A stretch of DNA of 64,000 nucleotides from an uncultured Acidobacteriota bacterium (GTDB taxonomy: Bacteria > Acidobacteriota > Blastocatellia > RBC074). Shown piece by piece: positions 11,455-21,721 of the stretch. Below the pieces are notes generated by a model that was given only the letters and a program-made list of their open reading frames with translations, had not been told where the DNA came from and did not search any database. Location: NCBI GenBank assembly GCA_963796275.1, contig CAWCKY010000003.1:512001-576000 (forward strand). The letters run 5' to 3'. Positions within the stretch are counted from its first letter, which is position 1. The number at the start of each line of letters is the position of its first letter. The translations under genes and the position numbers were made by a program.

Positions 11455-11500
11455 TTAGTGTATATTGTACACTACCTCCATCGTGTACAAGATACACTAA
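11455..11500. promoter_or_regulatory. Two NrtR-like operator boxes (GTGT-N7-ACAC) upstream of nadA
   Basis: ttaGTGTatattgtACACtac (11455-11475) and atcGTGTacaagatACACtaa (11480-11500). Confidence 0.65.
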
Positions 11501-11540
11501 GTAATTGAAATAAATATAAACAGAGACGAAGAGGAGACAG

Positions 11541-12690
11541 ATGAACGAGAATAATGAAAGGACAGGACTGGCAACGGTGCTTGCGCCGGTTACCGCGCCG
11601 GGTCGAGGGGGCGTCAAACCGATCGACGAATATCTCAATTATGGGGAAGTCGAGCTTTACGAGCGGATCGGGGAAGCGAAGCGCAAGCTGGGCGATCGCG
11701 TGGTAGTTCTTGGGCATCACTATCAGCGGGACGATGTGATCTGTCATGCCGATTTGACGGGCGATTCATACAAGCTGGCGCAGATGGCTGCGCGGCGGGC
11801 CGAGGCGGAATTCATCGTCTTCTGCGGGGTGCATTTTATGGCCGAATCGGCGGACATCCTGAGCGGCCATCATCAGCAGGTGATTCTCCCGGATCTCGCG
11901 TGCGGGTTGTTCGATGGCCGATATGGCTCAGCTCGAGCAGGTCGAGACTGCCTGGGAGCAGCTGCAGGAGCTGGGCCTCGATTCACTGATGCCGATCACC
12001 TACATGAACTCCGCGGCGAACATCAAGGCCTTTTGCGGGCGGCAGGGGGGCGTAGTCTGCACTTCGTCAAACGCGGTCCCGCTTTTCGATTGGGCGTTAA
12101 AAGAGCGCGAGAAGCTGTTTTTCTTTCCCGATGAGCATCTGGGCCGCAATACTGGGATGAAATTCGGAATACCGCTCGATCAAATGGTCGTGTGGGATCC
12201 GCGGCTGGACCTGGGCGGCAATACGCCCGAGAAGTTGAAAGACGCGCGCATAATTCTTTGGAGAGGCTTCTGCTCGGTTCATGGACGGTTTTTGCCGCGC
12301 CACGTCGATGAGCGGCGCGCGGAATATCCCGGAATCAGGATTCTGGTCCATCCCGAATGCCGGTATGAGGTCGTGACGAAATCGGATCTCAATGGATCGA
12401 CCGAGTTCATCATCAAGACCCTGGCCGAGGCCGAATCGGGCAGCCGTTGGGCTGTGGGAACGGAATTGAATCTGGTCAACCGGCTGGCGAAGAGACATCC
12501 CGATAAGTTCGTGACTCTGCTCGCGCCCGACCTCTGCATGTGCGCGACTATGTTCCGCATCGCCCCCGAGAATCTGCTCTGGTCGCTCGAAAATCTGGTC
12601 GATGGCCATGTGGTCAACCGGATACGGGTCGACGAGGAGACTGCCAGATGGGCGAAGGTATCTCTCGATAGGATGCTGGCGATCCAGTGA
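11541..12690 (+). CDS. nadA: Quinolinate synthase, with a +1 frameshift near 11895-11901
   Basis: LGHHYQR, FCGVHFMAESA, VILPDL|AGCSMADMA across the shift, YMNSAA, CTSSNA, CSVH, VHPEC, CMCATM. Confidence 0.93.
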
Positions 12691-12705
12691 AACGGGCGCG
12701 CAATT

Positions 12706-12778
12706 AGTTGCGCGAGCGTCAGCGCGCGAGTTTTCCGCGAGCTTTTTAGAACAAAGCGCGCGACTGCTCGCGCAACTT
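12706..12778. terminator. Imperfect inverted repeat between convergent genes
   Basis: agttgcgcgagcgtcagcgcgc ... gcgcgcgactgctcgcgcaact. Confidence 0.45.
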
Positions 12779-13156
12779 ATTCGTTCGCCACAGGAATTCA
12801 GAAAAGAGTATCGCGAAACCCAGGTCGACCAGTGCAGGGAAGAAGCCGGCCCGTGAAATCAGGCCGCGGAAATAGGCGATCGCATAAATAAGAAAGAAAA
12901 GGGATTTGGAAATTGCCCCGAGCCAGGCGAAATCGCGAAAGCGTTTTTGATCGATGGCGATGAGCGCGTAACCGATTCCCCACGTGGCCACGCTGGAAGC
13001 GAACGATTGTGCGAGCAGCCGCGCCGCCGAATCGCTGATGCCCAATCGCGCGAGTAAAAATTCAGGCTTGAGGATCAGCATTATCGCGGCGCCCAGATTC
13101 CACGCGGCGGCGATGCCGAAAAGCATGCTATCGTAGATTTTTCGCTTTGAGTCCAT
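12746..13156 (-). CDS. Hypothetical membrane protein (about 4 TM)
   Basis: Hydrophobic helices; starts 6 bp downstream of the Rieske gene on the same strand. Confidence 0.75.
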   Translation of the reverse strand: MDSKRKIYDSMLFGIAAAWNLGAAIMLILKPEFLLARLGISDSAARLLAQSFASSVATWGIGYALIAIDQKRFRDFAWLGAISKSLFFLIYAIAYFRGLISRAGFFPALVDLGFAILFSEFLWRTNKLREQSRALF

Positions 13157-13162
13157 GCTCTC

Positions 13163-13489
13163 TCAGCAGCGGACGAATAGATAATCATCTTCGATCTTGA
13201 CCTCATAGGCTTGCACGCGCAGCGATGGGACGGTCGTGCATTCTCCCGTCCGCAAATTGAAATCGAAGCAATGCCATGGGCAAAAAACTTTGCCGCCCTC
13301 GATAAAACCTTCGCTGAGAGGTGCGCCGCGATGTGGGCAGAGATCGTTGATCGCGTAATATGCGCCGTTGAAATGGAAGACCGCAATTTCCTGTTCTCCG
13401 ATTTCAAACCTTTTGCCGAAACCCGGCGGAATCTCGTGAACGGATGCTACTTTGTAAAAATGCTTATCTTCTTCGGGAGACAATTCCAT
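13163..13489 (-). CDS. Rieske [2Fe-2S] ferredoxin (NirD-like)
   Basis: CPH...CPWH ligand motifs. Confidence 0.92.
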   Translation of the reverse strand: MELSPEEDKHFYKVASVHEIPPGFGKRFEIGEQEIAVFHFNGAYYAINDLCPHRGAPLSEGFIEGGKVFCPWHCFDFNLRTGECTTVPSLRVQAYEVKIEDDYLFVRC

Positions 13490-13706
13490 ATTCGTATCTC
13501 TACTCGATTGTTACCTGCGCAAATTAAAGTGATGACATCGTTAAAAAGAACTTTAATGTATGCAATCTTCACTTTTTTCTTGCTCAATTCGGAATTCTGG
13601 CAGAAAATGTGCCCGCCATTTCAAAGGTCACCCCTTAATACGACTTGCCAAATGTCGTATAAGCTCCAATAAAAAAGCATAGCTATTTTTCAAATGGAGG
13701 CGATCT

Positions 13707-14111
13707 ATGAAAAGACTCTTTTTGTCAATCCTCAGTCTTATCTTGCTTCTCTTGATTTCAATGACGCTCCTTGTCCGCACCACCCCAGCTGTCAGCGGGC
13801 AATCGAGCGACGCGATGATGAAGAAGGGGAGCGCTACAAAAGCCAAGAATGAAACGACTCCCAAGAGCGATGTTGAAATCCAGAAATGCATTATGGATAA
13901 ATTTTCCAATTCGGAAAAGCTCAGGTCACAGGGTTTCAACGCATCGGTGAGCAATGGCGAAGCCAGGCTCGCCGGCACCGCGCGTAACTCCGGCAGCAAA
14001 GGCGCTGCGACGCGCATCGCCCGGAATTGCGGAGCGAAGACCGTGACCAACGATATCACTGCTCCCAATATTCCAAAACCTAAGAAAGTTGAGTCAGAAA
14101 AGAAGAGCTGA
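13707..14111 (+). CDS. Exported BON-domain protein
   Basis: Signal peptide; ASVSNGEARLAG...VTNDIT BON pattern; GGAGG RBS. Confidence 0.8.
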   Translation: MKRLFLSILSLILLLLISMTLLVRTTPAVSGQSSDAMMKKGSATKAKNETTPKSDVEIQKCIMDKFSNSEKLRSQGFNASVSNGEARLAGTARNSGSKGAATRIARNCGAKTVTNDITAPNIPKPKKVESEKKS

Positions 14112-14346
14112 TTCCAACCTTCCCTTTCATTTATTCTTATGCCCTTGGGAGGTCATCGCTTTGATGTCATCGCTTTGATATTGATATGAAGCGGGCCTCC
14201 CATTTTTCCGGTAAATTTTGTCGGTTAGTTTACGCTAAGCTCGACGCTTGATTTCTTCTCAATTATGGCAAAAAATTAACAAGCAGCATTCAGACAGTTA
14301 GCGGATGGTTGCGAAGAAACTAACGACTGCGATGAGGAGGGTATCA

Positions 14347-14826
14347 ATGAACATAAAAATGAAAATAAAAGTGAAGAAGATATTGTCAGGGATGAGCGGA
14401 TTAGCGCTTTGTACGGCAATGTGGTTCAGTGCCGGAGCCCAGGTAGTCGATAAAGCGAAGCAGGCCGGGGATAAGACAGTAGATACGACAAAAAAGGCAG
14501 CGGAGAAGACTGCGGATGCCACGGTTAGTGGAGCTCAGAAGGCCAAGAATACTGTTGCGCCGAAGAGCGACGAGGAGATTCAGAAGTGCATCACGGATAA
14601 CCTGGGTGCCTCAGCGAAACTCAAGACCCTCGGTCTCAGTGCCACGGTATCCAATGGAGAAGCGACACTGATGGGCGAAGGCAAGAGTAGTGGGAATAAG
14701 AACGCAGCGGCGAATATCGCCAAGAAATGTGGGGCGAAGAAGGTGACCAACAATATCACCATTCCGAGTCCGCCAGCGACGAAACCGGCTGCTGAGAAGC
14801 AAACGGACCCTAGCAAGAAACCATAG
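14347..14826 (+). CDS. Exported BON-domain protein, paralog of the upstream gene
   Basis: GAGGAGG RBS before ATG 14347; PKSDEEIQKCI...VSNGEATL...KCGAKKVTNNIT. Confidence 0.8.
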   Translation: MNIKMKIKVKKILSGMSGLALCTAMWFSAGAQVVDKAKQAGDKTVDTTKKAAEKTADATVSGAQKAKNTVAPKSDEEIQKCITDNLGASAKLKTLGLSATVSNGEATLMGEGKSSGNKNAAANIAKKCGAKKVTNNITIPSPPATKPAAEKQTDPSKKP

Positions 14827-14880
14827 GCGACAGGACGCATTGCTGAGAAAAGTCTGATGCGGTTGGCATGGACGGAAATC

Positions 14881-16224
14881 TCATTGTTCCTTTGCGGGGA
14901 TGCGCTTCAGCGCCTTAACGAACTCAGGGTGATCTCGCAGGGCTTCCAGATCAGGATCCTTCTCGAACGATTGGAGGTCGCTAAAGCCTGCGTCGAATGC
15001 GCGTATTACCCATTCCAATGCCTGATCAATTCTGCCGGCGCGGGCGTGAGCGCAAGCTACGTTAAATGCTATATGAGGGCCGCCACCCCGCTCGAGAGAA
15101 AGAACTCCGGCTTCCGCGGAAAGATCATACTGGCCGGCTTCGAAAGCTATTGTTTGCATAAGCGCGTAAAGCCCGGTGGCGTGTTGTGCGAGACGGGGGT
15201 CGGCGATCAACGGCATAGCTTCGGAAAATCGGTGTGCGCCGATCAGGGCGTGGGCATACATCATGCCCATCATCGATGATTGATACGACATGTATACATA
15301 CTCGATCAGGGGCAGTGCGCGGGGCCAATCTTCTGTTTCACAGCTTAACAGGGCTTGTTGTGACGCATCGGGCCCATAGATCGCCTGCAAGCGCACTAAT
15401 TCCTTCTTGGCCTCGTCTAAATTGTTCTCAAGAATAAGGCCCTGCACCAATAACTGCTGCGCGGAACATCTAACTGCGTCGGATCCGGCGGTTTTCAAAA
15501 TCTCCTGTGCCTGTCCGACCACTGCGGCGCCGTCTCTGTTCTTGAACGATAACTGAGCCTGCTCGAGCGGCGGGTGCAACCGCCTGTCGCGATAAGTGTG
15601 AAATCGTCGAAGGAGGGCGGTCAGGTTGATCCAAACGAAAAAGCCCATCAGGATAGCCATAAATAACTGGCTAATTGAGAACGCCCAGAGTGCTATCCCG
15701 GCGGCTACGATGAGAGAGAATGCTGGCGCAACCAGCCCGCCCGTCTTCTTCGACACCAGTTCCTCGATGCTGCCTATGACATGCCCGCCATCCATCGGTA
15801 GCACGGGAAGAAGATTGACGATCCCCCAGAATAGATTGACGATCAGCAGGTCTTCATACACCCTTTGACCGAACTCAGAGTCAATCAGGCCCGGAAAATT
15901 GCTTTTCGTCAGAAAAACCACACCGAAGAAGAGGAATCCAGCGAACGGACCAGCCAGGCTGATTGCGATGTTCTTTTGCGGAGAGATTCTGATGTTGTCA
16001 TTCCAAGAAGTTAGTCCACCCATCGCATAAAGCTGGATCTGCGGTGAGAGGCCGAACTGCCGGCAGGCGAGGGCGTGACCGAGTTCGTGGATGAGGATGG
16101 AGATAAAAACCACAAACATCCACTCGACTAAAAGCACCGGATTATTGAGCCGGTTGCTTGCGAATATCGCTCCGACCAACAGAAAACTGAAATCGACTTT
16201 TACCGGGATGCCGAAGACCTTCAT
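14881..16224 (-). CDS. Site-2 protease (M50) with C-terminal TPR region
   Basis: HELGH, SLAGP, NLLPVLPMDGG; FNVACAHARAG TPR end. Confidence 0.88.
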   Translation of the reverse strand: MKVFGIPVKVDFSFLLVGAIFASNRLNNPVLLVEWMFVVFISILIHELGHALACRQFGLSPQIQLYAMGGLTSWNDNIRISPQKNIAISLAGPFAGFLFFGVVFLTKSNFPGLIDSEFGQRVYEDLLIVNLFWGIVNLLPVLPMDGGHVIGSIEELVSKKTGGLVAPAFSLIVAAGIALWAFSISQLFMAILMGFFVWINLTALLRRFHTYRDRRLHPPLEQAQLSFKNRDGAAVVGQAQEILKTAGSDAVRCSAQQLLVQGLILENNLDEAKKELVRLQAIYGPDASQQALLSCETEDWPRALPLIEYVYMSYQSSMMGMMYAHALIGAHRFSEAMPLIADPRLAQHATGLYALMQTIAFEAGQYDLSAEAGVLSLERGGGPHIAFNVACAHARAGRIDQALEWVIRAFDAGFSDLQSFEKDPDLEALRDHPEFVKALKRIPAKEQ

Positions 16225-16439
16225 TTTGATCTAACTCCTACGTTCAATATTATCGCCGTTAATCTTATTCAGACTTTTGAAAAACACAACTTTGGATCAT
16301 GAGTGTTTGCCCATCTGCTGAGTTGATGGTAAAAATTACTGACGCGAGAATGCAGGAGACCGGGAAAACCTCCCTGAAGGTCCTGCCGTTCAACTCTTCC
16401 TCTTCCGAGAGGACCCATCTCAACAAGGAGACTTTTTCT

Positions 16440-16811
16440 ATGAAATATAGCATTGCGGTTCTTGCTGCCTGTATCGCTCTATCTGGATTATCGATAGCCT
16501 ATGCATCTGATGTAACGGGGAAATGGGTCGCCCAGGTTACCGGGCGCAATGGCCAGACCCGCGAGGTGACCATCACCCTCAAGGCTGAGGGTGAAAAGCT
16601 CACGGGAACCGTTTCCGGGCGACAGGGTGACAACCAGATCTCCGACGGCAACATCAAAGGCGACGACCTTTCATTTACGGTGACACAAAATGTACAGGGC
16701 AACGAGGTGAAGGTCACCTATAAGGGGAAAGTAAGCGGTGACGAGATCAAGTTTACTCGTACCATCGGGGACCGTCCTCCGGTTGATTTCACGGCAAAAA
16801 GGGCGAAATGA
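16440..16811 (+). CDS. Hypothetical exported beta-rich protein
   Basis: AAGGAG RBS, signal peptide, DVTGKW start of mature chain. Confidence 0.75.
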   Translation: MKYSIAVLAACIALSGLSIAYASDVTGKWVAQVTGRNGQTREVTITLKAEGEKLTGTVSGRQGDNQISDGNIKGDDLSFTVTQNVQGNEVKVTYKGKVSGDEIKFTRTIGDRPPVDFTAKRAK

Positions 16812-16883
16812 ATTTCCGCAGCCAGGTACAACTTTTTCATGTGAGGCCGCTCATGAGAAGATAGCGGGAAAATGGGAAATAGA

Positions 16884-16942
16884 TGGGATTTGTCAGGATT
16901 TATCGGACCGATGAAATCTTGATTAAACCTGTAAATCCTATC
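16884..16942. repeat. AATCCTGT-type inverted intergenic repeat
   Basis: gatgggatttgtcaggatttatc ... aatcttgattaaacctgtaaatcctatc; related copy at 62005-62070. Confidence 0.55.
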
Positions 16943-17009
16943 TATTTATATCTTTTATTTTCCAGGGTTCTTTTACTGGTTTCTTTCAGAGGATAAGGAG
17001 GAGCGAGAT

Positions 17010-18189
17010 ATGAATTTGATCGGCCGGGTTTCTTACCTTTTAATCCTCGCAGTAATACTAATCGCCAATGCGGCAAATGCCTCCGGTCAATCTCCTGCGG
17101 GTGTGGGAGCAGGCGCGACAGCAGAGGGGCTTTCGGCCGCGGAATTTGCACGCCTCAACCAAGATATATCCGAAGAGGGCGGATACTTTCGCTCGGATAA
17201 TTTCACTTCCAACGAAACCCCCTACCTGCACGTGGTTGATAAGTTGAAGAAACTCGGCGCAAATGGTGGTGCCTACATCGGCGTCGGACCGGAGCAGAAT
17301 TTTACATATATTGCGAAGGTCCGGCCCCGCATCGCTTTCATTGTGGACATCCGCCGCCAGGCAATGATCCAGCATTTGATGTACAAGGCGGTCTTCCATC
17401 TATCATCCAACCGCGTTCAGTTCCTTTCCCGGCTTCTGAGCAAACCATTGCCTTCTCCGCCCAAAGAAAAAGGCGTATCGCCCAACATATCACCAAATTC
17501 CCCGCTCGACGATCTATTGAACTTTTTCATCGCGACTCCGGGAGACGACCAGGCCTTTGCCACCAATCTGGCCGCGGTCCGCAAAGCGATCAAGGATGAT
17601 TTTCTGATAAATCTTTCCGAAGAGGATCAGAAAAGCCTGGAATATGTCTATAAATCCTTTCGTACGGAGGGATTGGATATCGCATTCCGGATGGACGGAT
17701 CGCGGGGCGGATATTTTCCCACTCTGAAGGACCTGATAGTTCAGACGGACCTCAACGGAAAGCCGGGCAACTTTCTGGCAGGGCCGGAGGATTATGAATT
17801 CGTACGCGGGCATGCACTTGAAAAATCTGATCATCCCGGTCGTGGGGGACTTCGCGGGAAAGAAGGCGATTGCGGCGGTCGGTGAGTACCTGAGGAAGAG
17901 CGGGTTCACGGTGACAGCGTTCTACACTTCGAATGTCGAGCAATATCTCTTCGAGAGCGAATCGTTCGCAGCTTTTGCAAATAATATAAGAAAACTGCCT
18001 ATCAACGATCGAAGCCTCTTCATCCGGTCAGCCTCCGGACGTTACTCGCATCCGGCGCGCCTGCCGGGGCACAGGTCGGCCACTTTATTGCAGCAGATCA
18101 CCGTATTTTTGAAGGATTTTGACGATGGCAGGTATCAAAATTACTTTGACCTGATCATGACCAACTACATTTCGGCTGAGAAGCAGTAG
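17010..18189 (+). CDS. Hypothetical exported protein (resembles LIC_10091-type family), +1 frameshift near 17809
   Basis: Signal peptide; GGAYIGVGPEQNFTYIAKVRP. Removing one G from cgcgggcatg joins YEFVRG to MHLKNLIIPVVGDFAG...FYTSNVEQYL. Confidence 0.7.
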
Positions 18190-18200
18190 ACAAACAAAGA

Positions 18201-18287
18201 TTCAGCACGAAAAGCAAGAAACTACAAAAGCCACATAAGGAAGAGATTCTTATGTGGCTTCTGTAGTTTCTTGTTTTTCGTGCTGAA
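18201..18287. repeat. 39-bp-arm inverted repeat (REP-like or terminator)
   Basis: Arms 18201-18239 and 18249-18287 are complementary except at 2 positions. Confidence 0.85.
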
Positions 18288-18481
18288 ATACTACGGTCCT
18301 ATCGGTTGCAGTTCAAACCATATTTTGACATTGGAACCGATGACAATGAGCTTGTCGCCTTCGCGCACGATAGTGAAAACATCGCCCTGCCCGAGGTTGC
18401 TCCCGCTACGAAAGGGCGGACATTAATGGATAAATTTCGCGGCTCTGAGGCGCTTTTGATACTGGTGGCGAACCTGTTTAG

Positions 18482-18708
18482 CCCGGCCAGGGAATGTGCC
18501 TGGCTCTTTGCGGTATTGGATTGGGCTTGCTGGCCGCTTATGGTTTTACCCGAGTTTGACCGGTTTATTGTTTGGCGTGAGGGCCGCCGATCCAATGACT
18601 TTTATTGCTACTCCCTTGTTACCGGCGGTGGTGGCAATGCCAGCGTGCTTCTTGCCAGCGCGACGAGCAACGAAGGTATATCCGCTTGTGGCGATGCGGC
18701 ACGGATGA
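18482..18708 (+). pseudogene. C-terminal remnant of an ADOP-type (MacB/FtsX) ABC permease
   Basis: GQGMCLALCGIGLGLLAAYGFTRV, then a frameshift to LTGLLFGVRAADPMTFIA...ACFLPARRATKVYPLVAMRHG*. Confidence 0.8.
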
Positions 18709-18791
18709 ATCCGGCTCAATAAGGTTAAAACGGCATCTGGGAGTGAGCGTAGAAAATCGCCGGAATATCTGACCATTCGAGACTCGCCGTG

Positions 18792-19907
18792 CTATTTTAA
18801 AATCATGCGCTCGATCAGCCAATAGCCGCCGGCCAGGGCGACTAGTATCGAACAGGCTGGGACATAACTGATGACGAATCGCCGTCGTTGGCGGAGCTTC
18901 CAGATCAGAGGCAGGACGAGCGCAGCCACCGCGATCTGACCGATCTCGACGCCGAGATTGAACGAGAGCAGCGGCCCGACCGCTTTGACCCCTGCCCCGA
19001 CGCCCAGCTCTCTCAGAGCCGAAGCGAAGCCGAAGCCATGAACGAGGCCGAATGCGAACGTCAACAGCCAACGGCGTTCGATCTTGCGGCGCAAGATGTT
19101 CTCGAGACCGACATAGATGATCGAAGCGGCTATCAGTGGCTCGACGACGCTCGCCGGAATGACGATCACTTCAAGAGTGGCCAGCGCCAGGGTGATCGAA
19201 TGCGCGACCGTGAACGAGGTGATTATTTTAGCGGCCTCCCGCAGCGTCCCGCCCGCGATCAAAAGCGCAAACAGAAAAGCCAGATGATCGAAACCCAGCA
19301 GGATGTGTTCGATGCCAAGCGTTAAGAACCCCCAGAAAGCGCGTGGCCGCGCTTGGGAACTGAGAAACGCGGCCAGATCGCATTCCAAGGAATTGCCCGC
19401 TGCATCGAGCATCCGCTGCGCTTGAGGGTTTCCTCCCGCGTCCCGCAGCGCCAGGAACTGACGATGTCCGCGCGGGAGTTTATCGATCAGAAGAGAACGC
19501 AGCGTGAGTCTCGATCCTGGTAAGATCGTGAACTCCAGGTCGAAATGAACCGCGTCGCTTTCACTGAGGCTGACCGCGACCGTCATCGGCGAGACATCAC
19601 GGTCGTCGATGATAAGGGCGAACGATTCTTTAGCAAGAGATTCGATATGGGAGCGAACCGCATCGAACTCCGGTTGAGTGATCAGCCCGTCACGGTCAGC
19701 GTCCATGGGCGCGATCGTCGCGATATCGCCGCGTGCGAATGTCAGCCGCGCGACCGCTTTATTTCCGTCAAGCTTAATTTCGGCGGTGCTCAGCCCAGGA
19801 TCATGCGCTAAGGCGGAGGTTGCCGCCAGCATCATCAAAACCAGCGGCAACCAGATTGTATGCCAGGAGCGCAAGAACCGATCTGCGTGATTCAGCTCGT
19901 CGAACAT
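18792..19907 (-). CDS. HupE/UreJ-family membrane protein with N-terminal exported domain
   Basis: ALAH cleavage site, GIEHILLGFDHLAFL, FTVAHSITL, FGLVHGFGFA, FNLGVEIGQ; start position uncertain. Confidence 0.88.
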   Translation of the reverse strand: MFDELNHADRFLRSWHTIWLPLVLMMLAATSALAHDPGLSTAEIKLDGNKAVARLTFARGDIATIAPMDADRDGLITQPEFDAVRSHIESLAKESFALIIDDRDVSPMTVAVSLSESDAVHFDLEFTILPGSRLTLRSLLIDKLPRGHRQFLALRDAGGNPQAQRMLDAAGNSLECDLAAFLSSQARPRAFWGFLTLGIEHILLGFDHLAFLFALLIAGGTLREAAKIITSFTVAHSITLALATLEVIVIPASVVEPLIAASIIYVGLENILRRKIERRWLLTFAFGLVHGFGFASALRELGVGAGVKAVGPLLSFNLGVEIGQIAVAALVLPLIWKLRQRRRFVISYVPACSILVALAGGYWLIERMILK

Positions 19908-19911
19908 CCTC

Positions 19912-21504
19912 TTATTGGGAGAAACCGACGATCTTGCGACCGTTTTGCGGGGTCGATTCATAGGGGAAGACTTTGTTGAAGCCCAACTCATTGCCGGTCA
20001 CGCCATCGTAATTCCCACTGAAGGGATCATTGATCTTAAGATTGGCGGGATCGCGCAGATCGCTGAGCAACGCGATGATCGCGATATCAACCACGTCGTC
20101 GCCAAAGCGTCGCCCGTTCGGCCATCCGCCGGGCACGAAGAATTTGCCCGCGGGCATTCCGAGGAACTGGCTCGGTAGACGGAACGGGTGCCCGTCGGCT
20201 TGGCTCTCCAATATATCCCCGCCGAAGATACTCAGGCGGGAGAAGCCCGTATCATCAGGGTTGGATGCATCGCCAGCTCCATTGCCGGCAAGACGAACCG
20301 GGTCGGTCGAGAGATCGACCTTGATCAGGTCGGGAATGAAGATATTCCTGATGTCGGTGCGCCCCGTCGGAATCGCCAGTTGCTGTCCCCCGCCGATCAG
20401 CAGGTTGATCAATCTGGCCAGTTCGGGATTCTCGGCGTATTTGCGGAATATCTTGCCGTCAACGTCCGGCAGCGTGCGGCTGTAAATGTCTTTGTCTTCC
20501 AGCGCGACAAGCCCTTCATTGAAGAGAGGATTCCCCTGGCGTGCCACCTGCTTATATAAGAAGGAGTCGCGGAAGAGGTCGAGCAGGTCGTGACCGCGGC
20601 CGTGATCTTTATCCTTATCTTTGTCGTGATCTTTATCTTTATAATCGTTTATCACGGGAAACACTCGACGACTCGTGGTCGCGAATACGCCGACCGTCTG
20701 TTGATCGCCACCTAGCTCGCTGAGCGGGACGCGGAGGGACATCATGTGTATGTTGAATCCACCTTGCGAGTCTTTGCCCGGATTACGCAGCTTGAGCAGG
20801 TCGAAGATCGATTGCACATCGGCGTAGAAGCCGTCATCGCGCTGTCCTGCAAACGCCGTATAGCCCTTGGAAAAAGCGAAGATCGATTGCCGGGTATATT
20901 TATCCAGTTCATCTGCCGTCGCGACGCCTTTGCGCGCAGGGTTTTCGCCGTTGTTGCCTTCATTGTAAAAAGGGGTGGCGTTGCCCTGGTTGTTCGGCGG
21001 AACGATTCCCTCGCCGATCGTCGTCGTCCGATCTGTGCGGTTGTCAATCTTCTTTACAGTGTAGAATTGTGTCAGATTCTGGTTGGCGTCGTTGACATCA
21101 TTGATGACACCGAGAAAGGACTGGAGTATCGTCTTGCTGTTTTTAAACACGGTCTTGAACTCGAACCGGTAAGTAACGGTCGGGCGTCCGGCGGCGAGGT
21201 CGCGACCGAGTGCAACGTGCAGGTCGTAGCGCACATTGTCATCGAAGTTGTATTTGTTGGGGCCGACACCGGGATTCTCGTGCGGGTAGACGCTGAGCGC
21301 GAGTGTCAGATACTTATTGCTGTTCTCATCGGAACTGACGAACCCGTAAACGTCTGTCGTGTTGGCCGACGGATCGTTAGTTATCAAAGGCGCATCCATG
21401 TGGCTGGAAGCGAGTGCTGGAACCGATAGCGTCGGCGCGAATCCCATCAAAGCAACGAGTGACAAAGCCAGCGCGCGACGCAGTCTGAAAGGAATTATAT
21501 TCAT
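19912..21504 (-). CDS. DUF4331 domain exported protein
   Basis: ASSHMDAP after the signal peptide, FAGQRDDGFY, QVARQGNPLFNE, GGWPNGRRFGDDVVD. Confidence 0.88.
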   Translation of the reverse strand: MNIIPFRLRRALALSLVALMGFAPTLSVPALASSHMDAPLITNDPSANTTDVYGFVSSDENSNKYLTLALSVYPHENPGVGPNKYNFDDNVRYDLHVALGRDLAAGRPTVTYRFEFKTVFKNSKTILQSFLGVINDVNDANQNLTQFYTVKKIDNRTDRTTTIGEGIVPPNNQGNATPFYNEGNNGENPARKGVATADELDKYTRQSIFAFSKGYTAFAGQRDDGFYADVQSIFDLLKLRNPGKDSQGGFNIHMMSLRVPLSELGGDQQTVGVFATTSRRVFPVINDYKDKDHDKDKDKDHGRGHDLLDLFRDSFLYKQVARQGNPLFNEGLVALEDKDIYSRTLPDVDGKIFRKYAENPELARLINLLIGGGQQLAIPTGRTDIRNIFIPDLIKVDLSTDPVRLAGNGAGDASNPDDTGFSRLSIFGGDILESQADGHPFRLPSQFLGMPAGKFFVPGGWPNGRRFGDDVVDIAIIALLSDLRDPANLKINDPFSGNYDGVTGNELGFNKVFPYESTPQNGRKIVGFSQ

Positions 21505-21529
21505 ACTTTATTCTCCTCCTGGAAATGCC

Positions 21530-21604
21530 CGACAAACTGCCAGCTTGTCGATGGATTTGTGAGTCGCCCTCTTTCGGCAGTAACGACAAGCTGGCAGCTT
21601 GCCG
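21530..21604. repeat. Pair of ~21-bp REP-like palindromes
   Basis: cgacaaactgccagcttgtcg (21530-21550) and cgacaagctggcagcttgccg (21584-21604). Confidence 0.7.
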
Positions 21605-21721
21605 TACGGTCCACGCCGCGCTTTTCATTATTCAGGGCACAGCGCAAAGTCATGAACGACTACTCTCTTCGGCGATACATGGGTTGGAGATTCATCAATC
21701 TTCATTCTCCCACACAGCAGC

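Noticed and set aside
4393-12690. True pseudogenisation of the NtrY-like kinase and nadA
   Set aside because: Single-base shifts with all motifs intact and a GATC context; a sequencing artefact is more likely, though unproven without reads.
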